The notes below the pieces were generated by a model that was given only the letters and a program-made list of their open reading frames with translations, did not search any database and had not been told where the DNA came from. Both the position numbers and the translations under genes were made by a program. Shown in pieces: positions 35,043-44,641 of a DNA stretch of 64,000 bases. The DNA is from an uncultured Gammaproteobacteria bacterium (GTDB lineage: Bacteria; Pseudomonadota; Gammaproteobacteria; Steroidobacterales; Woeseiaceae), in assembly GCA_937899415.1 (NCBI GenBank), contig CALBPI010000069.1:4280-68279 (forward strand), written 5' to 3'. Every line of letters starts with the position of its first letter. The first letter of the stretch is position 1.

Positions 35043-35362
35043 GATGGCAGTAGTCTTGTGATGGCCGCCGCGCCCCCGCAGCGATTGCGGCATCAAACGC
35101 CATTTCGCAGTGACGGTCAATGGTCGCGTGTCGCCCCTGCGCGAAGCGCGGCGTGGCCTCGGTTTTCGGCACGCTGGCCATACATTCAGTGCGTCCAGCC
35201 GTCGCGGTCGCGCGCGTTATGTGATTTAGCCGGGCGCCGTGAACACCGACCCGGCATCGGGCAGGTATAATGCGCTGTCGAGCCTGCACGGGCTCGAAAT
35301 GCGACCTGCCCCGCGCGCTCTGCCAGCGCGCATTTCACCCAAGACAACGACCAGGGACCAGC

Positions 35363-38128
35363 ATGAGTGCCTTTACGGATTACCTCGAAGACATCGAGAA
35401 CAGGAAGACTCAGGGGCTGCACGCCAAGCCCATCGATGACGCAGTGCTGACCGCAGAGCTCATCGCCCAGATCGCCGAGCCCGGCCACGAGCACCGGGCC
35501 GCCTCGCTCGAATTCCTCGTCTACAACACGTTGCCCGGCACCACCGGGGCGGCGCGCGAGAAGGCAGCATTCCTTAAGGACGTCATTGAGAAGCGTGTCA
35601 CGGTCGAGGAGATCTCCACCGAATTCGCCTTCGAGCTGCTCTCGCACATGCAGGGCGGACCGTCGATCGAAGTGCTGCTGGACCTGGCACTCGGCGATGA
35701 CGCCGCGATGGCCGCGAGCGCAGCCGAGGTGCTCAAGCAGCAGGTCTTTCTTTACGAAGCCGACACGGACCGGCTGGCCGAGGCCTACAAGGCCGGCAGC
35801 GCCATCGCCAAGTCGCTGCTCGAGAGCTACGCAAACGCCGAGTTCTTCACGGAGCTGTCCGATGTCGAGGACGAGATCAGAGTCGTCTCCTACGTGGCCG
35901 CGATCGGCGACGTCTCGACCGACCTGCTCTCGCCCGGCAAGGAAGCGCACTCACGCTCGGACCGCGAGCTGCACGGCAAGAGCCTCATGGACCCGGGCGC
36001 GCAGGCTGAGATCGCCGCCCTCAAGGAACAGCACCCGGACAAGCGCGTCATGCTCGTCGCCGAGAAAGGCACCATGGGCGTGGGCTCTTCGCGTATGTCG
36101 GGCGTCAACAACGTCGCGCTCTGGACGGGCATCCAGGCCAGCCCCTACATACCGTTTATCAACATCGCGCCGATTGTTGCGGGCACCAATGGCATCTCAC
36201 CGATTTTCCTGACGACCGTGGGCGTCACGGGCGGCATCGGGCTTGATCTCGATAACTGGACCAAAAAGATAGACGCTGACGGCAACACGGTGCTCGACGA
36301 AGACGGCGAGCCTGTGCTCGAGCAACAGTTCTCGGTCGACACGGGCACCGCGCTCACAATCAACCTGCGCGAGAAAAAGCTCTACAACGAAGATGGCAGC
36401 AAAGTGCTCGCGGACATCTCGAAGGCGCTCACGCCGCAGAAGCTCGAGTTCATCCGTGCACGCGGCTCCTACGCTGTCGTCTTCGGCAAGAAGCTGCAGA
36501 GCTTTGCGGCCGAGGCGCTGGGCGTCGAGATGCCTGCCGTTTACGCGACCTCGAAAGAAGTCTCGCACGAAGGCCAGGGCCTGACCGCCGTGGAGAAGAT
36601 CTTCAACAAGAACGCCGTAGGCACGACGCCCGGCAAGGCGCTGCACGCGGGCTCCGACGTACGCGTCAAAGTGAACATTGTCGGCTCGCAGGACACCACG
36701 GGGCTTATGACCTCGCAGGAACTCGAGATGATGGCCGCCACGGTCATCTCGCCGACGCTGGATGGCGCCTACCAGTCGGGCTGCCACACAGCATCCGTCT
36801 GGGATCGCAAGGCGCAGCGCAACATTCCGAAGCTCATGACCTTCATGAACGACTTCGGGCTGATCACGGCGCGCGACCCGCAGGACCGCTACCACCCCAT
36901 GACCGACGTGATCCACAAGGTGCTCAACGACATCACGGTCGACGACTGGGACGTCATCATCGGCGGCGACTCGCACACGCGCATGTCCAAGGGTGTGGCG
37001 TTCGGCGCCGACTCGGGCACGGTCGCGCTCGCACTCGCGACGGGTGAAGCCACGATGCCGATCCCCGAATCCGTGAAGGTCATGTTCAAAGGTACGCTCA
37101 AGCCGCACATGGACTTCCGCGATGTCGTGCACGCGACGCAGGCCCAGATGCTGCAGCAGTTTGGGGACAACATCTTCCAGGGCCGCATCATCGAGGTTCA
37201 CATCGGCACGCTGCTCGCCGACCAGGCCTTCACGTTCACGGACTGGACGGCCGAGATGAAGGCCAAGGCCTCGATCTGCATCTCGACTGACGAAACGCTG
37301 ATCGAGTCGCTCGAGATTGCGAAGAGCCGCATCGGCATCATGATCGACAAGGGCATGGACAACGACCGCGGAGTCCTGGCCGGGCTTGTCGCGAAAGCCG
37401 ATCGCCGTATCGCCGAGATTCGCTCGGGCGAACGCCCCGCGCTCTCGCCCGACGCGAATGCGGAGTACGTGGCCGAGTTCACGGTCGACCTCGACCAGAT
37501 CATCGAGCCCATGATCGCCGACCCCGACGTGAACAACGACGACGTCTCGAAGCGCTACACGCACGACACGATCCGCCCGATCTCCTACTACGGCGGTACC
37601 AAGAAGGTCGACCTGGGCTTTGTCGGGTCCTGCATGGTGCACAAGGGCGACATGAAGATCCTTGCCCAGATTCTGCAGAACCTTGAGTCGCAGAACGGCG
37701 GCGTCGATTTCAAGGCACCGCTGGTCGTGGCACCGCCGACGTACAACATCGTCGACGAGCTCAAGGAGGAAGGCGACTGGGCCGTGCTGCAAAAGTACGC
37801 AGGCTTCGAGTTCAATGACACCGCACCCAAAAACGCGGCACGACTCAAGTACGACAACATGCTTTATCTGGAGCGCCCGGGCTGCAACCTCTGCATGGGC
37901 AACCAGGAAAAGGCCGAGAAAGGCGACACAGTCATGGCCACATCGACACGCCTCTTCCAGGGTCGCGTCGTCGAGGACTCCGACGAGAAGAAAGGCGAGT
38001 CGCTGCTTGCCTCGACGCCCGTCGTGGTGCTGTCCTCGATTCTGGGTCGGACGCCGACACTTGCGGAATACACCGCAGCCGTTGATGGCATCGACCTGAC
38101 CGAGTACGTGCCCCCTCAGGCGGCTTGA
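35363..38128 (+). CDS. acnB: Aconitate hydratase B / 2-methylisocitrate dehydratase, long (~921 aa) form
   Basis: It is collinear with AcnB: the N-terminal HEAT-like domain (YLEDIENRKTQGLHAKPID), GSQDTTG, GGDSHTR, GFVGSCM, PGCNLCMGNQ and STSTRLF. I chose the start MSAFTDY at 35363. Confidence 0.9.
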   Translation: MSAFTDYLEDIENRKTQGLHAKPIDDAVLTAELIAQIAEPGHEHRAASLEFLVYNTLPGTTGAAREKAAFLKDVIEKRVTVEEISTEFAFELLSHMQGGPSIEVLLDLALGDDAAMAASAAEVLKQQVFLYEADTDRLAEAYKAGSAIAKSLLESYANAEFFTELSDVEDEIRVVSYVAAIGDVSTDLLSPGKEAHSRSDRELHGKSLMDPGAQAEIAALKEQHPDKRVMLVAEKGTMGVGSSRMSGVNNVALWTGIQASPYIPFINIAPIVAGTNGISPIFLTTVGVTGGIGLDLDNWTKKIDADGNTVLDEDGEPVLEQQFSVDTGTALTINLREKKLYNEDGSKVLADISKALTPQKLEFIRARGSYAVVFGKKLQSFAAEALGVEMPAVYATSKEVSHEGQGLTAVEKIFNKNAVGTTPGKALHAGSDVRVKVNIVGSQDTTGLMTSQELEMMAATVISPTLDGAYQSGCHTASVWDRKAQRNIPKLMTFMNDFGLITARDPQDRYHPMTDVIHKVLNDITVDDWDVIIGGDSHTRMSKGVAFGADSGTVALALATGEATMPIPESVKVMFKGTLKPHMDFRDVVHATQAQMLQQFGDNIFQGRIIEVHIGTLLADQAFTFTDWTAEMKAKASICISTDETLIESLEIAKSRIGIMIDKGMDNDRGVLAGLVAKADRRIAEIRSGERPALSPDANAEYVAEFTVDLDQIIEPMIADPDVNNDDVSKRYTHDTIRPISYYGGTKKVDLGFVGSCMVHKGDMKILAQILQNLESQNGGVDFKAPLVVAPPTYNIVDELKEEGDWAVLQKYAGFEFNDTAPKNAARLKYDNMLYLERPGCNLCMGNQEKAEKGDTVMATSTRLFQGRVVEDSDEKKGESLLASTPVVVLSSILGRTPTLAEYTAAVDGIDLTEYVPPQAA

Positions 38129-38150
38129 TCGCCGACTTAGGAATCTGCCA

Positions 38151-39542
38151 ATGCTTCGAACCTGCCTAGTAGGCCTGTGCCTGCTCGTCCCTGCGGTCCA
38201 GGCGCAAGAGGTCGCCGAGATTCCGGAACCTGTGCGCACGACGGTCCAGCAATTGATCGAGCGCGGGCTCGACGACGAGGTCGGCTACCACTTCGTGCGT
38301 GATCTAACGACTGAAGTCGGACCGCGGCTCGCGGGTTCCGAAGCCGAAGCACGCGCGCGCCGCTGGTCGACGCAGAAGCTCGCCGAGCTCGGCTTCAAGG
38401 AAGTCCGAACCGAAGACTTTGAGATTCCGTTCTGGGCTCGCCAGGTGGATCGTGCGCGCATCGTATCGCCCACGCAGCAAAATCTCGTCATCACCGCGCT
38501 GGGCGGATCAACCTCAACGCCCGTGGGCGGTGTCGAGGCCGAAATCCTCCGCTTCGAGAGCATGGCCGAGCTGCGCGCCGCCAGCGCCGACATCGTCTCG
38601 GGCAAGCTCGTCTTCATCGACGAGAAGATGACGCGCACGCAGGACGGCTCGGGCTACGGCATGGCCGTTCGCAAGCGCCGCAACTGCGCGACGGTGACCA
38701 GCGAGAAAGGCGGCGTCGCCTGTCTGATTCGATCCGTGGGCACACAGGCACGCCGCTTCGCGCACACGGGCATGATGGCGCGCGGCAAGGCGGTCGGCGA
38801 CGGTGTGGCCGTCGCACTCTCGCCGCCTGACGCGGAGCAGATCACGCGGCTGCTCACCAAAGGCCCCGTGCGCCTGCACCTCGACGTTCAGGTCGAAACG
38901 CGCGAGAAGGCGCCCTCGGGCAATGTCATCGCGGAAATCAAAGGCCGCGAAAACCCGGAAGAGATCGTGCTCATCGGCTGTCACCTCGACAGCTGGGATC
39001 TCGGCACGGGTGCCGTCGATGACGGCGCAGGCTGCGGCATCGTCGTCGGTGCGGCACACCTGATCAAGTCACTGGGCACGGCACCGCGTCGCACGATTCG
39101 CGTCGTGCTGTACGGTTCCGAGGAAGTCGGTTTGCTGGGCGGTCGCTACTACGCGCAACGCCACGCCGACAATCTCGACAACCACGTCTTCGCGGCTGAA
39201 AGCGATTTCGGCGCGGGCAAGATCTGGCGCTTCCAGACCCGCTTCGGCGAGGGCGCACTGCCCTACGCCCGTGCGATTCAACAGGTGCTCGCACCTTTGG
39301 GTATCTCGCCGGGCAACAACCAGGCCTTCGGTGGCCCGGACATCTCCATGCTGCCGCGCTCAGGCGTGCCCGTCGTGACGCCACGTCAGAACGGCTGGGA
39401 TTATTTTGACCTGCACCACACGCCCGACGACACATTCGACAAGATCGACCACGACGACTTCAATCAGAATGTCGCCGCGTACGCAACCTTCACCTACCTG
39501 GCTGCGGAAATGGGCTGGGACTTTCGGAAGACCGTCAACTAG
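38151..39542 (+). CDS. M28-family aminopeptidase, secreted
   Basis: It has a signal peptide (MLRTCLVGLCLLVPAVQA). Metal-ligand contexts are LIGCHLDSWDLGTGAVDDGAGCG, LYGSEEVGLLG and DLHHTPDD. Confidence 0.85.
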   Translation: MLRTCLVGLCLLVPAVQAQEVAEIPEPVRTTVQQLIERGLDDEVGYHFVRDLTTEVGPRLAGSEAEARARRWSTQKLAELGFKEVRTEDFEIPFWARQVDRARIVSPTQQNLVITALGGSTSTPVGGVEAEILRFESMAELRAASADIVSGKLVFIDEKMTRTQDGSGYGMAVRKRRNCATVTSEKGGVACLIRSVGTQARRFAHTGMMARGKAVGDGVAVALSPPDAEQITRLLTKGPVRLHLDVQVETREKAPSGNVIAEIKGRENPEEIVLIGCHLDSWDLGTGAVDDGAGCGIVVGAAHLIKSLGTAPRRTIRVVLYGSEEVGLLGGRYYAQRHADNLDNHVFAAESDFGAGKIWRFQTRFGEGALPYARAIQQVLAPLGISPGNNQAFGGPDISMLPRSGVPVVTPRQNGWDYFDLHHTPDDTFDKIDHDDFNQNVAAYATFTYLAAEMGWDFRKTVN

Positions 39543-39664
39543 CCTTGTGCTGCGCACCGTGCGCGGTTCCATGGTGATGCCGTCCTGGCAACGACACCGG
39601 AATTGGTGACAACCACAGCAGGGTTCGGCTTGCCTCGATCAACGAGCTGTGGACACTATGCGTC

Positions 39665-40324
39665 ATGGTCGCAACAACACGTGTATTTGTGCTCGAGGAT
39701 GATGCACGCACGCGTGACAGTCTCCTGCGCAAGCTTGCCGCCTCGGCATCGATAGAGATCGCGGGCGCCGCAGGATCGCTCGCCGACGCGCGTGCAGCGC
39801 TTTCCGGACTCGGGGTCGATGCTTTTCTGTTTGACCTGCAGTTGCCGGACGGCAACGCCATTGACCTTATTCGGGAGCAGCGCGCCGAGCGTCCGAAGGC
39901 CCCTGCACTAGTGATATCCGTCTTCGGTGACGAGGAGCGCGTTATTGCTGCCATCGAGGCCGGTGCCCAGGGCTATCTGCTCAAGGATGATTCGGGTGAG
40001 GACCTCGCAGATGCGGTGCATCGCGCCATCGCGGGCGAGTCACCGATCTCTCCGGCCATTGCACGCCATCTGATCCGACGCTTTCAGGCAACACCCAACA
40101 CCACAGAGCCTGCATCAGAGAATCCGTTATCGGAACGTGAGCTCGAAGTACTTCAGCTCGCCGCAAAAGGGCTGACCTACCAGGAAACGGCAGAGACTCT
40201 CGGTGTCAGCATCAACACGATCGGGACCTACACGCGGCGCGTGTACCAAAAGCTCGCCGTGACGTCTCGCGCCCAGGCCATCTTCGAAGCCCGCCAGATG
40301 GGCTGGATGGGCGATGACCAGTGA
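39665..40324 (+). CDS. NarL/FixJ (LuxR-type) response regulator
   Basis: The receiver domain has VFVLEDD and FLFDLQLPDGNAID. The LuxR helix-turn-helix is LSERELEVLQLAAKGLTYQETAETLGVSINTIGTYTRRVYQKL. Confidence 0.9.
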   Translation: MVATTRVFVLEDDARTRDSLLRKLAASASIEIAGAAGSLADARAALSGLGVDAFLFDLQLPDGNAIDLIREQRAERPKAPALVISVFGDEERVIAAIEAGAQGYLLKDDSGEDLADAVHRAIAGESPISPAIARHLIRRFQATPNTTEPASENPLSERELEVLQLAAKGLTYQETAETLGVSINTIGTYTRRVYQKLAVTSRAQAIFEARQMGWMGDDQ

Positions 40325-42203
40325 CGATGCACGCGACGCGACGACACCAATGAAGCGGGTCCTGAGGTACAGCGCGTACGGCGTGCTCTATGTTGCAATG
40401 CCGTTGATAGTCTTGGCGGTGCTCTACGTTGTCGATCAACCCTATAACGTGCCGAGCGCCTATCGCGTCCAGCCTACGGAGTGGGTTCGCAGTTTCTCCG
40501 AGACGCCACCGACTAATGGTTGGTCGGACGATACCAGTCGCTGGCCGCCGGGACGCCAGGACGGTGAACCGTTCACGAGCGTCTGGTATCGATACACGGT
40601 TTCCGAGCGACTGGATACGCCAACGCTCTACATCCCATATGGATTCGGCAACTTCGAGATCTGGCAGAGCGGCACACGCCTCTACCAACTCGCCGCGCCC
40701 GTACCACCGCTCGCTTACAGCCGAACTTCAATCGCCGTCCCACTGCGTGACGGTGATGTTGGGGCCCGAATTGAAGTCCGCCTGACGCGACAGGCGTCGT
40801 ACAGCGGCGTTCGTTATGTATTTGTCGCGCCAGCCGATCTGGCAGCGCGCGACGCGAGCGATCAGGCGCTGTTTGAAACCCAGCTGCCGATCGCCGTGCT
40901 GGTGCTCATGCTGGGCTTTGCAGCGGCCGTTGGCGCGATGTTTGCGCTACGACCCAAGGAGAAACACTACGGCTGGTACGCGCTGACTATTGGCCTCTGG
41001 GCCGCGCATTCTATTCACGGCCTCATCGAAGCGATCCCGTTCGCGCACTTCGTCTGGTTCGCGTTGCGCTATGTCCTGCTCACCTGGCTGATCGCCGAGC
41101 TGTTCTTCGTCAATCGCTACTTCGGTATACGCGCCCCGAGACTGGAGTGGTTCTGCGCAGCGGTCAACGCCATCATCACACTGGGGCTGATCGCCGTCGC
41201 CAGTATTGCGGCAGCCAGCTTGGAGAACGAGGCGCGATTCTTTGCAAGCTTCACGGTTGTGAATCTCTGGTTTCTGCTGCTGGCTTTCATCGTCACATCG
41301 CGCTACTTCATCGCGGTTCGCAAACGCTGGGATTTTGAAAGTGTCAGCCTGTGGCTCGCGTCGGCCGTGGTGATCGGTATCGGTATCCGCGACCTGGCGT
41401 ATGAAGCGATGCCCCCGGGTACGATTCCAGGCTCTGTGTTCTACCTGCAATATGCAGCGGTCGTACCGCTGATTCTCTTTGGCATTCAGCTGATTCGGCG
41501 ATTCGCGCGTGATGCGCGCACGGCTGAACTGCGCAATGAAGCACTGAATCAGATTGTCGAGGAGCGAACGACGGCGCTCGAGAGAACCTATCAGCAGCTC
41601 TCCGAAGAGGCCCAGAAACGGGCACTTGCTGAGGAACGGAGTCGCCTGATGCGCGACATGCACGACGGGCTCGGTGGTCAGCTCGTGCACGCACTGGCGC
41701 TCAGCGAGCAGGTCGACGACGCGGACCTTAAACGCGCACTGCGGCTCGCCCTTGATGACCTCCGACTCATCGTGGACTCGTTGTCGCCCACAGCCAATTC
41801 GCTGCAAGACCTCATGGCCTCCTACCGCCACCGCGTGAGCCGACTGCTTCAGCGCACGGGCTTCGACGTTAACTGGGACATCGCCGATGAAACCGATAGC
41901 GTGACGCTGAAGCCCAATGAGGCATTGAGCGTGTTGCGGATCGTGCAGGAAGCCGTGACCAACGCCGTGCGCCACTCGGGCGGCGACACCTTACAGATCG
42001 CGGTTGCGCGCGTCGCCGACGGTTTGCAACTGACGATTCGCGATAACGGCGCAGGCATGCCTGAATCCGTGGTTGAGCGCGGGCTGCGCAACATGCGGGT
42101 GCGTGCCGCGGAGCTGGGCGCCGGTCTCAATATCAGTAGCACCTCGGGTGACACGGCGGTCACCATGCACCTGCCTCTGGCTGGCGGCGCCCCCGCCACG
42201 TGA
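40314..42203 (+). CDS. Sensor histidine kinase: N-terminal TM helix, ~170-aa extracytoplasmic domain, 7 TM helices (7TMR-DISM-like), HisKA_3 and HATPase_c
   Basis: It overlaps the response regulator gene by 11 nt. It has seven consecutive hydrophobic helices, a coiled coil, the H-box RSRLMRDMHDGLGGQLV, and the ATPase motifs VTNAVRHSG and DNGAGM. Confidence 0.85.
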   Translation: MTSDDARDATTPMKRVLRYSAYGVLYVAMPLIVLAVLYVVDQPYNVPSAYRVQPTEWVRSFSETPPTNGWSDDTSRWPPGRQDGEPFTSVWYRYTVSERLDTPTLYIPYGFGNFEIWQSGTRLYQLAAPVPPLAYSRTSIAVPLRDGDVGARIEVRLTRQASYSGVRYVFVAPADLAARDASDQALFETQLPIAVLVLMLGFAAAVGAMFALRPKEKHYGWYALTIGLWAAHSIHGLIEAIPFAHFVWFALRYVLLTWLIAELFFVNRYFGIRAPRLEWFCAAVNAIITLGLIAVASIAAASLENEARFFASFTVVNLWFLLLAFIVTSRYFIAVRKRWDFESVSLWLASAVVIGIGIRDLAYEAMPPGTIPGSVFYLQYAAVVPLILFGIQLIRRFARDARTAELRNEALNQIVEERTTALERTYQQLSEEAQKRALAEERSRLMRDMHDGLGGQLVHALALSEQVDDADLKRALRLALDDLRLIVDSLSPTANSLQDLMASYRHRVSRLLQRTGFDVNWDIADETDSVTLKPNEALSVLRIVQEAVTNAVRHSGGDTLQIAVARVADGLQLTIRDNGAGMPESVVERGLRNMRVRAAELGAGLNISSTSGDTAVTMHLPLAGGAPAT

Positions 42204-42308
42204 TACGAAAGCGCGGCCTGTCCCAGCCCGCGCGTCACTAATTCCGGTGTCATCAGGTCGCGACCGCTGGCGCTAGCCTGCAGCACATCTTGTTTGGATG
42301 TGACTGCC

Positions 42309-44627
42309 ATGCCCGCTCGTACCCTACTCCTTCTCGCCGTGATGACAACGCTGCTGCCGGGTTGTTTCAGATCCGGAAACATCCTGATTAGCTCGACCGA
42401 CGGCTACATGAACTGCATACGTCTCGACCGCGAGCCCGTTGCCGACGAGATGGCCGAGCGCTGCGGCACACACCAGAGCTCACGATCAAAGACGGGCACA
42501 TTTCATCGCGACATCGATCGCGAGCTGCGCGCCGATGTGCTGCCGATCAGCATCCCACGCGATCTCGCGGCAAAGCTGCCCGTGTCGGACTGTCTCTGGG
42601 TAGGCGCAAGCCAGAATGGCGCCGGCGAACTCGTAGCGCCTCAATGGGAGCAGGTGTCCCAAGTCAGCGTACTGCTCGGGGGCGAGCCCGCTGACGACCC
42701 TGACTCCTACTTCAGCATCGGGCAATTTTCGGGCTGCCGAGCGGATCGCGTCTATCCGCGGCGTAGCATCAATGACAACGAGATCACAGGTCGATCCTGC
42801 TTGTCCGACGAGTTGGCGAGACTGGGTGACGATGCTCTCTTCAAGGTGTCTTCCGACTTCCTTGATACGTACAAGTCGACTTGTGACCTCTTTGACCGCA
42901 GACACTGGGGCGGTCAGGGCCTCGGCAATCTACTCACCTGGGAGTTTGGTGACGACGGCTATGGCCAATGTGCGCCCCATTCGCTACCCGGCAAGATCGC
43001 ACCTGAGTGGCCTGATCTCATCAGCTCCTGCTCACAAGCGGACACCACATTTGCTGACGACGTCGCCTTCGAGAAAACCCTGACGGTCCGCGAAGATGCG
43101 CACTACGTGGTCGATGTTGTGCATAAGCGCATTCTGTGGCCACGTGTTCGCGCTGTGGTCGACGATCGGACCATTGCCCGTCGCCTGCGCAGGTTTGGCC
43201 AGTCCGGCTCCTGGGAAACGAGGACGCTGGCTGAGGACGCCAACGGCCAGCGTTGGGAAGAGAATTTCTCCACGATGGTTCGCGTGCGACGGGTACGCCT
43301 GTTTTCCGTCAGCTCGCCAGCCGCTGATGACCGTGAGTACCACCCGCTGGATCCGCTGACGCTCACCCTGATCGATCGAGCGGACAACGACAACCCCATC
43401 GAATGCACACCGACCGGTGACGCCTTCGACTTGCCGGCTTGCGGCATCAACGCAACGCCCACCTATTTACTCAACACGCTTGAGGCATCGAGCGATCCGC
43501 TACTCGCGCCGTTGCGCTGGGAGATCTCGGGCGAATTTCTGGCACCCAATCGCGATTGGTACCTGGAATTCGAGCTCGACTCGGTATTTCGGACCCGAAC
43601 GGCAACGTTGGCGGCGGACATTTCCGCCGTGGATTTCGGCGAAGTTTCGCAAGACGACGTGCGCTCGAAGGGCATCACGATTCGCAACGTGGGCAGCGGC
43701 CAGTTCGTTGTCGACACCGTCGAGATCGACCCCGGCTTTGGTGATGCTGCGCAATTTGATACGCGGCGGCTCGACGACCCCATCACGGTCCCGCAGCCGC
43801 TCATTGCGACTCAGGATGGCTCCGGGGGAATCGAGTATTCCGACGGGGGTTGGGACACGCCATACGACCGCAGTGCGCTGCGCATCATCGGCGACGCCGT
43901 GCTCATTCCCCGCGCCTCGCCCGACCGAGGGGACTTCGAGGTACTCGGCGTGCCGCTCATGATCGAAAACGGCACACCGATCGTCCAAACGGACAACCCC
44001 GATGTGAGCGGATTCACGCCAGAGCCTGGTGTGGCCTATCCGATGACCTACCGCGCCTGGATGGAGTGGCCCTTGCCGCGGTCGCTGTCGCCCAACGACG
44101 CGCGCCGCATCCAGGTCGATGTCCGGCCGCAGCAAGTTGGCCCGCTCAAGGCACGGCTGCTCGTCAGCGGCTACCCCCTGCACGCGCCGCAATCGCGCAG
44201 CACGATCAGCATCACCCTCGAGGCCTACGGCTTGACGGGACCCCGCGGCGAGATTCTACCTGGGCTCATGCAGCTGCCCGGGGGCGTTGAATCGAATGAC
44301 ACCGGCAACGCGGTCATCGCAAGCACGGGTGACAAAAACCTGATCGTTGAAACCACCGTGCTCGAGGATACGGGCGCAGCGGGACACGTCGGAGACGTCG
44401 CGAATTTCCGCATCGACTACGCCCCAACCGCCTACAGCGCCGTGGCGCCGGGCGCATCCGAGCTCATCACCATTCAGTACGACCCGGGCTGCTTCTTTGC
44501 GGTCCCGCCCGGCGGGAAACACCAGGCACGGCTGCGTATCAAGACAAACATCGGTACCCACGACATCGCCTTGCGCGGCGACCCAAATCGGTGGGCGCAA
44601 GCGAACGGCTGCGGTCCCGGCGAATAA
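42309..44627 (+). CDS. Orphan Cys-rich lipoprotein with Ig/ASH-like (choice-of-anchor-D-like) modules
   Basis: I chose the start MPARTLLLLAVMTTLLPGC (lipobox) at 42309. The segments VDFGEVSQDDVRSKGITIRNVGSGQFVVDTVEI and NFRIDYAPTAYSAVAPGASELITIQYDP resemble ASH/PapD-like Ig modules. I recognise nothing in the first ~400 aa. Confidence 0.65.
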   Translation: MPARTLLLLAVMTTLLPGCFRSGNILISSTDGYMNCIRLDREPVADEMAERCGTHQSSRSKTGTFHRDIDRELRADVLPISIPRDLAAKLPVSDCLWVGASQNGAGELVAPQWEQVSQVSVLLGGEPADDPDSYFSIGQFSGCRADRVYPRRSINDNEITGRSCLSDELARLGDDALFKVSSDFLDTYKSTCDLFDRRHWGGQGLGNLLTWEFGDDGYGQCAPHSLPGKIAPEWPDLISSCSQADTTFADDVAFEKTLTVREDAHYVVDVVHKRILWPRVRAVVDDRTIARRLRRFGQSGSWETRTLAEDANGQRWEENFSTMVRVRRVRLFSVSSPAADDREYHPLDPLTLTLIDRADNDNPIECTPTGDAFDLPACGINATPTYLLNTLEASSDPLLAPLRWEISGEFLAPNRDWYLEFELDSVFRTRTATLAADISAVDFGEVSQDDVRSKGITIRNVGSGQFVVDTVEIDPGFGDAAQFDTRRLDDPITVPQPLIATQDGSGGIEYSDGGWDTPYDRSALRIIGDAVLIPRASPDRGDFEVLGVPLMIENGTPIVQTDNPDVSGFTPEPGVAYPMTYRAWMEWPLPRSLSPNDARRIQVDVRPQQVGPLKARLLVSGYPLHAPQSRSTISITLEAYGLTGPRGEILPGLMQLPGGVESNDTGNAVIASTGDKNLIVETTVLEDTGAAGHVGDVANFRIDYAPTAYSAVAPGASELITIQYDPGCFFAVPPGGKHQARLRIKTNIGTHDIALRGDPNRWAQANGCGPGE

Positions 44628-44641
44628 ACAGGAGCATCACG

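Noticed and set aside
36197-38239. A 680-aa minus-strand ORF antisense to acnB
   Set aside because: It lies entirely inside the confidently identified AcnB gene. It is Arg/Ala/Gly/Val-rich with no motifs. This is a typical high-GC shadow ORF.
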